Numbered from the stretch's first letter, positions 10,255 to 18,680 are shown. The stretch is 32,000 nucleotides of DNA from Pyrodictium abyssi (GCF_036323395.1 NZ_AP028907.1:2070001-2102000), one strand, 5' to 3'. A program made the numbers and translations. Notes: generated from the letters alone by a model not told the origin.

Positions 10255-11085
10255 TCACCCTCCTATGTAGGCTTCTATCACGCGTGGGTCGTTGGCCACC
10301 TTGTGCGGCGGCCCCTCGGCTATGACGCGGCCAGAGTCCATGACAACCACGTTGTCGCAGAGATCCATCACAACCTCTAGGTCGTGCTCCACGAGCACGA
10401 AGGAGATGCCTCGGGTCTCGTTGACCTCCACTATGGCGCGCGCTAGGTCCTCCTTCTCCTCCCTGCTGAGGCCCGCCATAGGCTCGTCCATCAGCACTAC
10501 CTTCGGGTCCTGGGCGAGCGCTCTCGCCAGGTCTACGCGCTTCTGCACACCGGGAGGCAGGCCCTCGACAATCTGGTCCCGGTACTCGTGGAGCTCGAGG
10601 AGGTCGATAGCCCTCTCAGCCTTCTCCCTCGCCCACTCCTCCCAGCGCTGGGCCCGGCGGGTCCAGAACGCGGCGTCTACTATGCTGTAGCGCCTCCACG
10701 GCTCGAGGCCCGTCATGATGTTCTCGGCTACCGTCATGTGCTTGAATAGCTCGCTGTGCTGGAAGGTCCTGGCTAGCCCTAGCTTGGCCCTCGCGTGGGG
10801 CGGGAGCCGGGTGATATCCCTGCCCTCGAACACTACTCTACCGCTCTTCGGCTTGTAGAACCCGGAGACTACGTTCAGGAGGCTGGTCTTGCCCGCCCCG
10901 TTGGGGCCTATTACGGCGAGAATCTCGCCGGGGCGTAGCCTAAAGCCCGCGTTGTCTACGGCTACTATGCCGCCGAACTCTACCCTTATGCCCTCTACTT
11001 CGAGGATGTATTCCAGCTTCCCGTGGGGCTTCTCTCTGTAGGTGCTGCTTTCCTCCCAGAGCGCTCTGTAATCGAACCTGCTCAC
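10255..11085 (-). CDS. livG: Liv-type ABC transporter ATP-binding protein LivG; start codon uncertain
   Basis: GPNGAGKTSLLNVVSGFYKP, VDLARALAQDPKVVLMDEPMAGLS. The track start at 11208 lies upstream of a TATA-like GTTTAAATAAG (11188-11199), so the real start is probably internal (GTG 11085 is one option). Confidence 0.8.
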   Translation of the reverse strand: MSRFDYRALWEESSTYREKPHGKLEYILEVEGIRVEFGGIVAVDNAGFRLRPGEILAVIGPNGAGKTSLLNVVSGFYKPKSGRVVFEGRDITRLPPHARAKLGLARTFQHSELFKHMTVAENIMTGLEPWRRYSIVDAAFWTRRAQRWEEWAREKAERAIDLLELHEYRDQIVEGLPPGVQKRVDLARALAQDPKVVLMDEPMAGLSREEKEDLARAIVEVNETRGISFVLVEHDLEVVMDLCDNVVVMDSGRVIAEGPPHKVANDPRVIEAYIGG

Positions 11086-11388
11086 CTCTATGCGGGGCGC
11101 GTTAGCTGCGAAGAACAAAACGCACCATCTCGCACACCTCCTGGAGTGGTCTTCAGTGTTCCCGGTAGCCCACCACTGTTCGCTACTCTTATTTAAACAC
11201 TCGCCCAAGACTTTAACCGGAGTTTAAACAGTATCTAGCACTATTTACATATATAAAATGGGGGTGAGACCTTCCCGGCCGTAAAACATTCAAACACCCC
11301 AGACTAGCACACCGCCATACAGAGCCAGCCATAGACGAGGCGTAGTAGTCTCCCCTCCCGGAGAGGGCCACTCGATGGTGACACGGTT

Positions 11389-12834
11389 ATGGCGTGTGGC
11401 TACCCCGAGACGATGGTGGAGGCTCTCCTCTGCAGGCAAGGCGAGGCGGGCGAAAAGGAGGCGGTAGTGGACACGGAGGGCTACACACTGTCCTACGAGC
11501 AGCTACTCGCCCACGCCTCCCGCGCAGCCCGCCTGCTCTCCGAGCGCTACGGCCTCGGGGAGAACACCGTAGCCGCCGTAGCCCCGATAAACAAGGCTGA
11601 GGCCGTTATAGGCCTCTACGCTGTCTGGCTCACTGGGGCGGCAGCAGCGGTGCTCGACCCCCTGAGCCACAGCATGGACCTCGAGATGCAGCTACGCCAG
11701 GCAGAGCCCAGGCTCATGATAACCCACAAGGGGATGGAGGAAGCCCACTGCACGGTCGCGGAGAAGCTCGGAGCCCGCTGCATAGCGGCCGAGGACCTGG
11801 CCAGAGAGGCCGGGGACGGCGCCCCCTGGGAGGGCTACACCAGGCCACGGGCATGGGACACAGCAGTGATCTACTTCTACGCCGGGATAGCCGGCCGGAC
11901 ACTGCCAGTGCTCCACACCCACTCCGGGATAGCAGCGTCAGCGCACACCGTGGTAGCCCACTACGGCCTAGGGCCCGAAGACAGGGTGTTCGCCTCGGCG
12001 CCGATAAGCCACGCCCTAGGGCTACAAATATCCATGCTCTCCGCGCTCTATGCCGGAGGCACAGCGGTCCTCTACACGAAGAGGGGCCGCCTAAACCCAG
12101 CCCACGCCGCAGAGGCGCTAGCCTCAAGCCGGGCCTCCATGGTCCTGGGGGCGCCGGGCTTCTACCAGGCAATACTCCGTGCGGGCTACCGTGGCCACGA
12201 GGCGCTACGCTACGCGGTTAGCGCGGGCGCGCCACTGCCAAGGGAGACGCAAGAGGAGTGGATGAAGGCTACCGGGGTGGAGCTTCTACAGCTCTACGGC
12301 ATGACCGAGGCGGCGCCGCTCACTGCGACGCTTCCCGGCGACAACCCGCCCGGGAGCATAGGGAAGCCCATGCCCGGCGTTGAGGCGCGTCTCGCCGACC
12401 CTGGGAACCCGGAGAAGCCTGCCGAGGGCGCTGGGGAGCTCCTAGCCCGCGGCCCAATGGTGATGCGGGGCTACAGCGAGCCCGAGGAGACGAGGCGCGC
12501 GGTCCTGCCCGGCGGCTGGCTGCGCACCGGCGACATACTCGCGGTCGACGAGGAGGGCCACTTCTACTTCCGCGGCGTCCGCAAGAGGATGCTCAAGTAC
12601 AAGGGGTACCCGATATTCCCCAGGGACCTCGAGCTGATACTGGAGCAGCACCCTGCCGTCGCCCGCGCAGTGGTCGAGGGCGAGCCGGCTGGCGACCTCG
12701 GCCAGATACCGGTAGCCAGGGTGTGGCTTCGGCGCGGTGCTTCGGCGACAAGGGAGGAGCTGCTAAACTGGGTTAACAGCCGTGTAGCGAGCTATAAGCA
12801 GGTGCGGCGCCTAGAGATAGCAGGCGAGGAGTAG
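11389..12834 (+). CDS. AMP-binding (ANL superfamily) protein with degenerate motifs
   Basis: LLQLYGMTEAAPLTATLPGDNPPGSIGKPMPGVE and GGWLRTGDILAVDEEGHFYFRGVRKRMLKYKGYPIFPRDLE are ANL-like; A3 and A10 are abnormal (see findings). Confidence 0.85.
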   Translation: MACGYPETMVEALLCRQGEAGEKEAVVDTEGYTLSYEQLLAHASRAARLLSERYGLGENTVAAVAPINKAEAVIGLYAVWLTGAAAAVLDPLSHSMDLEMQLRQAEPRLMITHKGMEEAHCTVAEKLGARCIAAEDLAREAGDGAPWEGYTRPRAWDTAVIYFYAGIAGRTLPVLHTHSGIAASAHTVVAHYGLGPEDRVFASAPISHALGLQISMLSALYAGGTAVLYTKRGRLNPAHAAEALASSRASMVLGAPGFYQAILRAGYRGHEALRYAVSAGAPLPRETQEEWMKATGVELLQLYGMTEAAPLTATLPGDNPPGSIGKPMPGVEARLADPGNPEKPAEGAGELLARGPMVMRGYSEPEETRRAVLPGGWLRTGDILAVDEEGHFYFRGVRKRMLKYKGYPIFPRDLELILEQHPAVARAVVEGEPAGDLGQIPVARVWLRRGASATREELLNWVNSRVASYKQVRRLEIAGEE

Positions 12835-12848
12835 AGGCTAGCAGCCTC
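12834..12848 (+). terminator. possible 3' hairpin overlapping the stop codon of the ANL gene
   Basis: GAGGCT-AGC-AGCCTC, perfect 6-bp stem. Confidence 0.25.
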
Positions 12849-12930
12849 CTAGACCCTCGGCCATGTAGCTGGGAAACATAGATAAGTCTGGCGGGACGGG
12901 GAAGTATTACGAGCACCCTAGGGTGTTTAT

Positions 12931-13107
12931 ATGGTGAAAGAGAACCAGGTTTCGAGGGACAATAGACCTAAGTTCGTCCACGTACGGGGCATAGGGTTCT
13001 CGGCACTGATACCTCTAGAGAGCTACCAGAACGGCTTGCGCGAACTAGTAGAGTCCATATACGGTAAGGTGCGCGTGAAAGTAGTAGATATAGAAGAGAA
13101 GATATAG
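12931..13107 (+). CDS. 58 aa hypothetical protein (below ORF-track length cutoff)
   Basis: ATG preceded by AGGGTG-TTTAT; encodes MVKENQVSRDNRPKFVHVRGIGFSALIPLESYQNGLRELVESIYGKVRVKVVDIEEKI. Confidence 0.55.
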   Translation: MVKENQVSRDNRPKFVHVRGIGFSALIPLESYQNGLRELVESIYGKVRVKVVDIEEKI

Positions 13108-13117
13108 AAGAGATTAC

Positions 13118-13141
13118 TGCTGCATAAGGTGCTGCATAAGG
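13118..13141 (+). repeat. tandem duplication of TGCTGCATAAGG
   Basis: Two exact adjacent 12-nt copies, 13118-13129 and 13130-13141. Confidence 0.9.
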
Positions 13142-13177
13142 CTGCTCCGGCGTGCAGCCCCTAGGGGGCCTACGCGT

Positions 13178-13513
13178 TTGGCCCACCGGTGCTGCCGCAG
13201 CGGGTACCCCGTCGAGGCATGCAGGATACTTGAGATGCTCCTTCGAGGGTACTACAGCTACTTCTCCCGCGACGTCCTGAATAGTGATGGCCGTAGACTC
13301 TTCGAGCGAATGGTGAAGCTGCTCCTCGACTCTAACCCGGGTCTACGTCGCCTGATATACCGTGTGAGACGCGACCCCACTATAGAGATGATTCTCCGGC
13401 TGGCTGAGGAGTTCTATAGCTGTAATGCCCGGCTCATGGTAGCCGAGTCTCTGGGGCTGCGGCAGCCCTACGCCTACAGGTTGTCGACCGCGGCTGGAGA
13501 CCACTACTACTAG
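13178..13513 (+). CDS. hypothetical protein
   Basis: 111 aa ORF from TTG with balanced helix-like composition (MLLRGYYSYFSRDVLNSDGRRLFERMVKLLLDSNPGLRRLIYRVRR); start uncertain. Confidence 0.45.
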   Translation: MAHRCCRSGYPVEACRILEMLLRGYYSYFSRDVLNSDGRRLFERMVKLLLDSNPGLRRLIYRVRRDPTIEMILRLAEEFYSCNARLMVAESLGLRQPYAYRLSTAAGDHYY

Positions 13514-13654
13514 GCGCGTCAGCGTGCCGAGTGCACAGGGTAGAGAATCCGGCTCTTCTGCATACTGGAGCCTAAAGCGCGTCCTTCGGGAGATGCCAAC
13601 AAGTATGGTAAAAACATGGAACGTGGTCGGGCCGGAGGCCTGTGCTACGGGGTG

Positions 13655-13978
13655 CTAGTCCTTCTTTCCACTGATGTCTTCCCGTCTATTCCACCATGAC
13701 CACCAGTATAGCCAGCGGCACCATCCTCTGCCTAGGAGCCAGCCGGGCCTCTGCCATGGTGGAAGGTGGCTCCACGGCCCGCGGCCCGGCCATGGGCCGG
13801 TTACCGACGCCTGGCGGCTAGCTTGCTCCTGCAGTGGCTCTGGCGGTAGCGGTGGCTGTTCTGCTCTGCCGGCCTGCTGTGCCTGAAGCCACCACCAGCC
13901 CCAGCTGCGCCCCCATCCTCTTCCGCGCTGCCAGCCTCCCATTCCCCATCTTCTTCCGCGTCCCCATCCCCATGGCAT
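13655..13978 (-). CDS. Trp/Gly/Arg-rich small protein
   Basis: ATG at 13978 preceded by GGAGGTG-N9. MPWGWGRGRRWGMGGWQRGRGWGRSWGWWW...GPWPGRGPWSHLPPWQRPGWLLGRGWCRWLYWWSWW. Competing ORFs here lack such an SD. Confidence 0.6.
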   Translation of the reverse strand: MPWGWGRGRRWGMGGWQRGRGWGRSWGWWWLQAQQAGRAEQPPLPPEPLQEQASRQASVTGPWPGRGPWSHLPPWQRPGWLLGRGWCRWLYWWSWWNRREDISGKKD

Positions 13979-14164
13979 CTCGGTGTACACCTCCTACCAG
14001 AGCGCTCCAAACATTGCATGTAGCATACGCGCCTTGCATAAGCGTTTCTCCCGGCACGACAGCGCCCGGAATCAAGCCCCGGGGGCCGGGCGGCCCCGGG
14101 CTGCGGCAATGCTTACAGCACCGGGGGCTGTAGCAGGAACGAGTGGAGGAGGGGATGCAGCGGC

Positions 14165-14926
14165 ATGGGCAAGATAATAGTGGTGTTTGTGGGGCCTGCC
14201 GGCTGCGGTAAGTCGACACTAGTAGCGGCTTACTCCAAGTGGCTACGAGAGGGCGACGCAAGCGTCTACACGGTTAACATGGACCCGGCGGCGGAGACGC
14301 TGCCATACGAGCCTAGCCTAGACGTGAGGGGCATCGTGGACGCTAGGGAGGTCGCGCGGAAGTACGGGCTCGGCCCCAACGGGGCGCTCGTCAAGAGCAT
14401 GGAGCTCATAGCCGAGAGGCTAGAGGAGATAACATCCAGAGTAGCGGCTGCCGAAGCGGACTACGTGCTGGTGGACACGCCGGGCCAGATGGAGGTATTC
14501 CTCTTCCGCGACCTATCCTGGAGGCTCGCCGAGGCCCTCCGGGGGATCAGCCCCGAGAGCTACGCGGTATTCGTCCTAGACGCCTCGGTGATAAGGGACC
14601 CTGCGGACTACGCGTTCCTAGTAACCATGGCCACGGCGGTGCAGCTCCGCCTAGGGCTCGAGACGGCCCCCGTGCTCAACAAGATAGACCTAGCGCCAGG
14701 CCTGGAGATCACGGGCGACCTGCTACGCGACTTCGGCCGCGTCTCCCGCGCGCTACGCGAGTCCGGCAGCGTCTACGCCGAGATGCTACGCGAGATGCTG
14801 CGCGTACTGCTCAAGTACAACCGGCGCGTAGAGGTCCCCCAGGTCTCGGCGCTAAAAGGCGAGGGCATGGAGGAGCTACACCGCCTCGTGCTCGAGATGA
14901 GCTGCAGCTGCGGCGACCTCAGCTGA
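14165..14926 (+). CDS. GPN-loop GTPase
   Basis: GPAGCGKSTL P-loop, GPN in KYGLGPNGALVKSME, DYVLVDTPGQMEVF, APVLNKIDL. Confidence 0.93.
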   Translation: MGKIIVVFVGPAGCGKSTLVAAYSKWLREGDASVYTVNMDPAAETLPYEPSLDVRGIVDAREVARKYGLGPNGALVKSMELIAERLEEITSRVAAAEADYVLVDTPGQMEVFLFRDLSWRLAEALRGISPESYAVFVLDASVIRDPADYAFLVTMATAVQLRLGLETAPVLNKIDLAPGLEITGDLLRDFGRVSRALRESGSVYAEMLREMLRVLLKYNRRVEVPQVSALKGEGMEELHRLVLEMSCSCGDLS

Positions 14927-16196
14927 GCAGTCCCCGTGGGTCTACTATCCTGCCCTCAGCAGCGGCGGCGGCAGCCGTGTAGGGCGAGGCGAGGTAGACC
15001 CGGGCGCTCGGAGCCCCCATGCGGCCCGGGAAGTTCCTGTTACTAGTAGAGACCACTACCTCGCCTTCGCCGGCAACCCCCATGTGGGCGCCGAAGCACG
15101 CTGCGCAGCCCGGCGGCGCTATGACGGCGCCGGCCTCGTGGAGTATCTCGAGTAGCCCGGTGCGGAGGGCCTTCTCGTAGACCCTCCTGCTGGCTGGAGC
15201 CACTATGAGCCGGGTGCGGGCTCTGCGGCCTTTGAGTATCCTTGCGGCGGCCTCTAGGTCCTCGTAGCGGCCGTTGGTGCAGCTCCCTATGAACACCTGG
15301 TCGACCTCTAGGCCCTCGACCTCCTCCACGGGGGCTACGTTGTAGGGCGCCGGGGGCTCGGCCACCATGGGCCCGGTCTCGCCGAGGTCTAGCTCTAGGC
15401 TGTCCGCCCCCAGCTCGGGCTCGACCCGTAGCCTCTTGGCTTCTCTTGGGGGCTCGCGGCCCCGCACGGCCCGGTACCACTCGGCCGCCGTCCTGTCGAA
15501 GGGGAATAGCGCGGTCTTAGCCCCGGCCTCGACCATCATGTTGGCCACGGTGAGCCTGTCGCTAACCGGCAACGCTGCTACGCCCGGCCCGTGGAACTCC
15601 ACGCTCCGGTAGATGGCGCCGTCGCCGCCTAGGACGCCTAGGAGCCTTAGCACGAAGTCCTTGCCCGTAACGCCCTCGGGCAGCCTGCCCTCGAGCCTGA
15701 CGTAGAGCGGCTCAGGGACCCTTAGCCAGAGCCTCCCAGTGGCCATAGCGTAGGCTGCCTCAGTGCTCCCTATCCCAGTCGAGAAGACCGAGAGGGCACC
15801 GTAGGTTATGGTGTGGCTGTCAGCGCCGAGGACGAGCCAGCCCGGCTCCACGAGCTCCTCCACAGCAGCCTGGTGCATCACACCGTAGCCGACATCCCAT
15901 AGAGTACAGCCACGCTCCCGGGCGAAGAGCCGGAGGCGCCGGTGCCCCGTAGCGGTTGCAGCTGTCGGCGCTGGGCTGTAGTGGTCGAAGGCTATCACTA
16001 CCTGGGGCCGCTGCCTCCGGCAGTCAACGAGCCCATCCGCCCCCGTCTCCTCCAGCACACGGAGCGCCAGGAGCCCGGTGACATCGTTCACGAGCACAGC
16101 GTCTGGCTCGACTACGGCTATGTCGCCGGGCCCGAGCCCGTCCCTGGGCTTCTCGACCGCGTGCTCCTCTATGATCCTCTGCGCGAGGCTCGCCAC
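14919..16196 (-). CDS. leuC: 3-isopropylmalate dehydratase large subunit
   Basis: VLGADSHTITYGALSVFSTGIGSTE, VFIGSCTNGRYEDLEAAARILKG, PPGCAACFGAH. GTG preceded by GGAGGTG-N7. Confidence 0.93.
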   Translation of the reverse strand: MASLAQRIIEEHAVEKPRDGLGPGDIAVVEPDAVLVNDVTGLLALRVLEETGADGLVDCRRQRPQVVIAFDHYSPAPTAATATGHRRLRLFARERGCTLWDVGYGVMHQAAVEELVEPGWLVLGADSHTITYGALSVFSTGIGSTEAAYAMATGRLWLRVPEPLYVRLEGRLPEGVTGKDFVLRLLGVLGGDGAIYRSVEFHGPGVAALPVSDRLTVANMMVEAGAKTALFPFDRTAAEWYRAVRGREPPREAKRLRVEPELGADSLELDLGETGPMVAEPPAPYNVAPVEEVEGLEVDQVFIGSCTNGRYEDLEAAARILKGRRARTRLIVAPASRRVYEKALRTGLLEILHEAGAVIAPPGCAACFGAHMGVAGEGEVVVSTSNRNFPGRMGAPSARVYLASPYTAAAAAAEGRIVDPRGLLS

Positions 16197-16217
16197 GCCC
16201 CAGCACCTCCGGCAAGG

Positions 16218-17210
16218 CTACTGGATGAACTTCGCCACGGCCCGGGCATAATCCATTGTAGAGAGGCCTCCGCCCAGGTCCGGGGTCGTGAAGCCAGCTG
16301 CGAGCGCCTGCTCCACGGCCAGCTCCATCCTCGAGGCTGCCTCGCGGTAGCCCAGGTACTCGAGCATCATAGCCGCGGAGAGGATCATTGCAGTCGGGTT
16401 GGCCACCCCCTTCCCAGCGATATCCCATGCAGCGCCGTGCACCGGCTCGAAGAGCGCCTTCCCATCGCCTATGTTCGCCGAAGGGGCTAGCCCGAGGCCC
16501 CCAGCAACCTGGGCCGCTAGGTCGCTGAGAATATCACCGTACTGGTTCATGGTGAGCACTACGTCGAAGCGCGAGGGGTTGCGGACCATCTCCATCGCGG
16601 CAGCGTCGACATACATCTCGTCAACGGCTACACCCTCCTCCTCTAGGACACGGCGCGCCACGTCCCGGAACAAGCCGTCGGCGACCCGCAGCACGTTAGC
16701 CTTATGGACTATGGTCACGCGGCCTGAGCGGGAGGAGGCGTAGCGTGCAGCTACGCGTGCCACCCGCCGGGTACCCTCCTCCGTCACCACCTTCACGGCG
16801 AACGCGGCGCCGGGCACACTGAACTCTATACCCGCGTAGACGTCCTCCAGGTTCTCCCGCACTATCACCAGGTCTATCGGCGCGACGCTCACGACCCCGG
16901 GGAGGCTGCGGGCCGGACGAATGTTAGCGTAGACGCCTAGCTCCCTCCTCAGCACCACAACAACGTCCCGCGCGGTCTCGCCGACCGGGCCCTTGAGCAC
17001 AACGTCAGCCCAGTTCTTAGCTAGGCGCAGCGTCTCGCTTGGCAAGGGCTCGCCGTACTTGCGGGCAGCAGTATCCCCTGCCTCGGCGTAACGTATCTCA
17101 AGGTCTATCCCGTACATGTCTAGAGTCTTCTCGAGCACGTACATAGCGGCATCTGTTACCTCGGGGCCTATACCGTCACCTGGTATGACTAGCACCCGCG
17201 GAACCGCCAA
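16218..17210 (-). CDS. leuB: 3-isopropylmalate dehydrogenase
   Basis: VLVIPGDGIGPEVTDAAM, VIVRENLEDVYAG, MNQYGDILSDLAAQVAGGLGLAPSANIG. Start re-set to TTG 17210; the region upstream to 17345 looks non-homologous. Confidence 0.9.
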   Translation of the reverse strand: MAVPRVLVIPGDGIGPEVTDAAMYVLEKTLDMYGIDLEIRYAEAGDTAARKYGEPLPSETLRLAKNWADVVLKGPVGETARDVVVVLRRELGVYANIRPARSLPGVVSVAPIDLVIVRENLEDVYAGIEFSVPGAAFAVKVVTEEGTRRVARVAARYASSRSGRVTIVHKANVLRVADGLFRDVARRVLEEEGVAVDEMYVDAAAMEMVRNPSRFDVVLTMNQYGDILSDLAAQVAGGLGLAPSANIGDGKALFEPVHGAAWDIAGKGVANPTAMILSAAMMLEYLGYREAASRMELAVEQALAAGFTTPDLGGGLSTMDYARAVAKFIQ

Positions 17211-17434
17211 GGGATCCCACACCACCGCTACACAGCTATTCCGTGGACTCCGGTCGTGCCCCAAGCCCCTGATGCGGAGCCAGGGGCCATGGCATAGGCA
17301 TGCGAGGCGGATGCCCCTAGCTACAGCCTTAGGTGGTACAGCCATGACTATGGGGAGGGGTTAGGTGGCACTGGAAAGAACCAGGGGTGAGGGGCGAGGC
17401 GTGCTAGCCTGCGTATACTGTCTGCCTGGGGCGC

Positions 17435-18580
17435 CTAGACTGGCCTTGGATAAGGCGTCTCAGCACGTCGCTCCATGTACTCGTTTATCCAGCGGACTAT
17501 TATGTCCTCGCTGACCTTCTTCATCCTCGGCGCGTTCTCCTTCAGCCTGTCCAGGATGTACTTCACGAGCGCTGGCTCCGGGGTCACGCCGATGCTCTGG
17601 AGAGCCCATTCGACCGCGGCGCGGCCGCTGTGGCGCCCCAGGACTATCCGCCGACGGTTGCCTACAGCCTCGGGCGGCAACGGCTCGTACGTTGCAGGGT
17701 TCTTCAGCACACCGTGCACGTGTATACCAGCCTCGTGGGCGAACGCGTTACGCCCCACAATCGCCTTGTTAGGAGGCGTCTCTACACCGAACTTGCTCGC
17801 CACTAGCCGCGACACGGGCGTTAGCAGCTCCATTCGGATGCCAGTGCTGCGGTCCATGAGGTAGTGTAACGCAGCCACGACCTCCTCTAGCGCGGCGTTG
17901 CCAGCTCTCTCGCCGAACCCGTTCACAGTGACCTGGACGCCGTCTGCCCCCGCCCTAACGCCGGCCAACGTATTAGCAGTAGCCATGCCGAAGTCGTCAT
18001 GGCAGTGTACGTCTATCCAGACCCAGGACGGGAGACTCCTCCTTATGAGGCCCACAAGCCACTCCATATACCAGGGGGTCGCGGTGCCCACGGTGTCCGG
18101 TATGTTTATGTAGCTAGCACCAGCCTCGACAACGCTCCGGTATATCCTAACGAGGAACCCAGGGTCGCTCCTCGTCGCGTCCTCGGCCGAGAATAGGACG
18201 GTAGCGCCGTAGCTCCGCGCCCGCTCGACCGCCTCGACAGCCCGTTCCACCACCTGGTCCCGTGTCATCCTCAGCTTGTACTTCATGTGCACGTCGCTGG
18301 TGGCTATGAACACGTGGATTATGTGTGCTTCAGCCGCTGCCGCCTCGTCCACGTCGCGTGGATGGGCCCTGGCAAGGGCGGCGATCCTGGCTCTAGAGGC
18401 CTCCCTGACAGCTGCTCTCACGGCTCTACGGTCTATCTCGGAGGAGGCGGGGAACCCAGCCTCTATCACGTCGACGCCAAGCTCGTCGAGGGCTCGTAGA
18501 ATCTCTATCTTGTCGTAGAAGTCTAGCTCTATTCCAGGCATCTGGTCTCCGTCACGGAGGGTTGTATCGAAGACCCTTAT
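17435..18580 (-). CDS. leuA: 2-isopropylmalate synthase-family enzyme, catalytic core only; true start unresolved
   Basis: Track start at 18541 truncates the enzyme. Upstream in frame is ATA AGG GTC TTC GAT ACA ACC CTC CGT GAC GGA GAC CAG ATG = IRVFDTTLRDGDQM. Also FSAEDATRSD, IDVHCHDDFGMATANTLAGV, NAFAHEAGIHVHGVLKNPATYEP. Frame is open up to TGA 18613-18611 with no ATG/GTG/TTG before the motif. Confidence 0.85.
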   Translation of the reverse strand: MRVFDTTLRDGDQMPGIELDFYDKIEILRALDELGVDVIEAGFPASSEIDRRAVRAAVREASRARIAALARAHPRDVDEAAAAEAHIIHVFIATSDVHMKYKLRMTRDQVVERAVEAVERARSYGATVLFSAEDATRSDPGFLVRIYRSVVEAGASYINIPDTVGTATPWYMEWLVGLIRRSLPSWVWIDVHCHDDFGMATANTLAGVRAGADGVQVTVNGFGERAGNAALEEVVAALHYLMDRSTGIRMELLTPVSRLVASKFGVETPPNKAIVGRNAFAHEAGIHVHGVLKNPATYEPLPPEAVGNRRRIVLGRHSGRAAVEWALQSIGVTPEPALVKYILDRLKENAPRMKKVSEDIIVRWINEYMERRAETPYPRPV

Positions 18581-18591
18581 GCGAGTTCCAT
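18577..18591 (-). other. leader mini-ORF MELA* at the leuA 5' end
   Basis: Minus strand GGAGGTG (18607-18601)-N9-ATG GAA CTC GCA TAA, out of frame with leuA. Confidence 0.4.
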
Positions 18592-18604
18592 TTTCGACTG
18601 CACC
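18581..18604 (-). repeat. 24-nt element GGTGCAGTCGAAAATGGAACTCGC, leuA copy
   Basis: Identical to 18857-18880 on the opposite strand. Confidence 0.97.
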
Positions 18605-18670
18605 TCCGTCTCATGCCCGATGGAGTTCCGGCTTCTTGGCTGGGCCGGGGACACCGGGTGCCCACAACCG

Positions 18671-18680
18671 TCTATTTAAG
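18671..18680 (-). promoter_or_regulatory. TATA box for leuA
   Basis: Minus-strand CTTAAATAGA in the divergent intergenic region. Confidence 0.6.

Noticed and set aside
13674-14261. ORFs 13674..13886 (+), 13834..14133 (+), 13801..14109 (-), 13818..14261 (-)
   Set aside because: They compete with the 13655..13978 minus ORF, which alone has a GGAGGTG at proper spacing; the others look like shadow frames.
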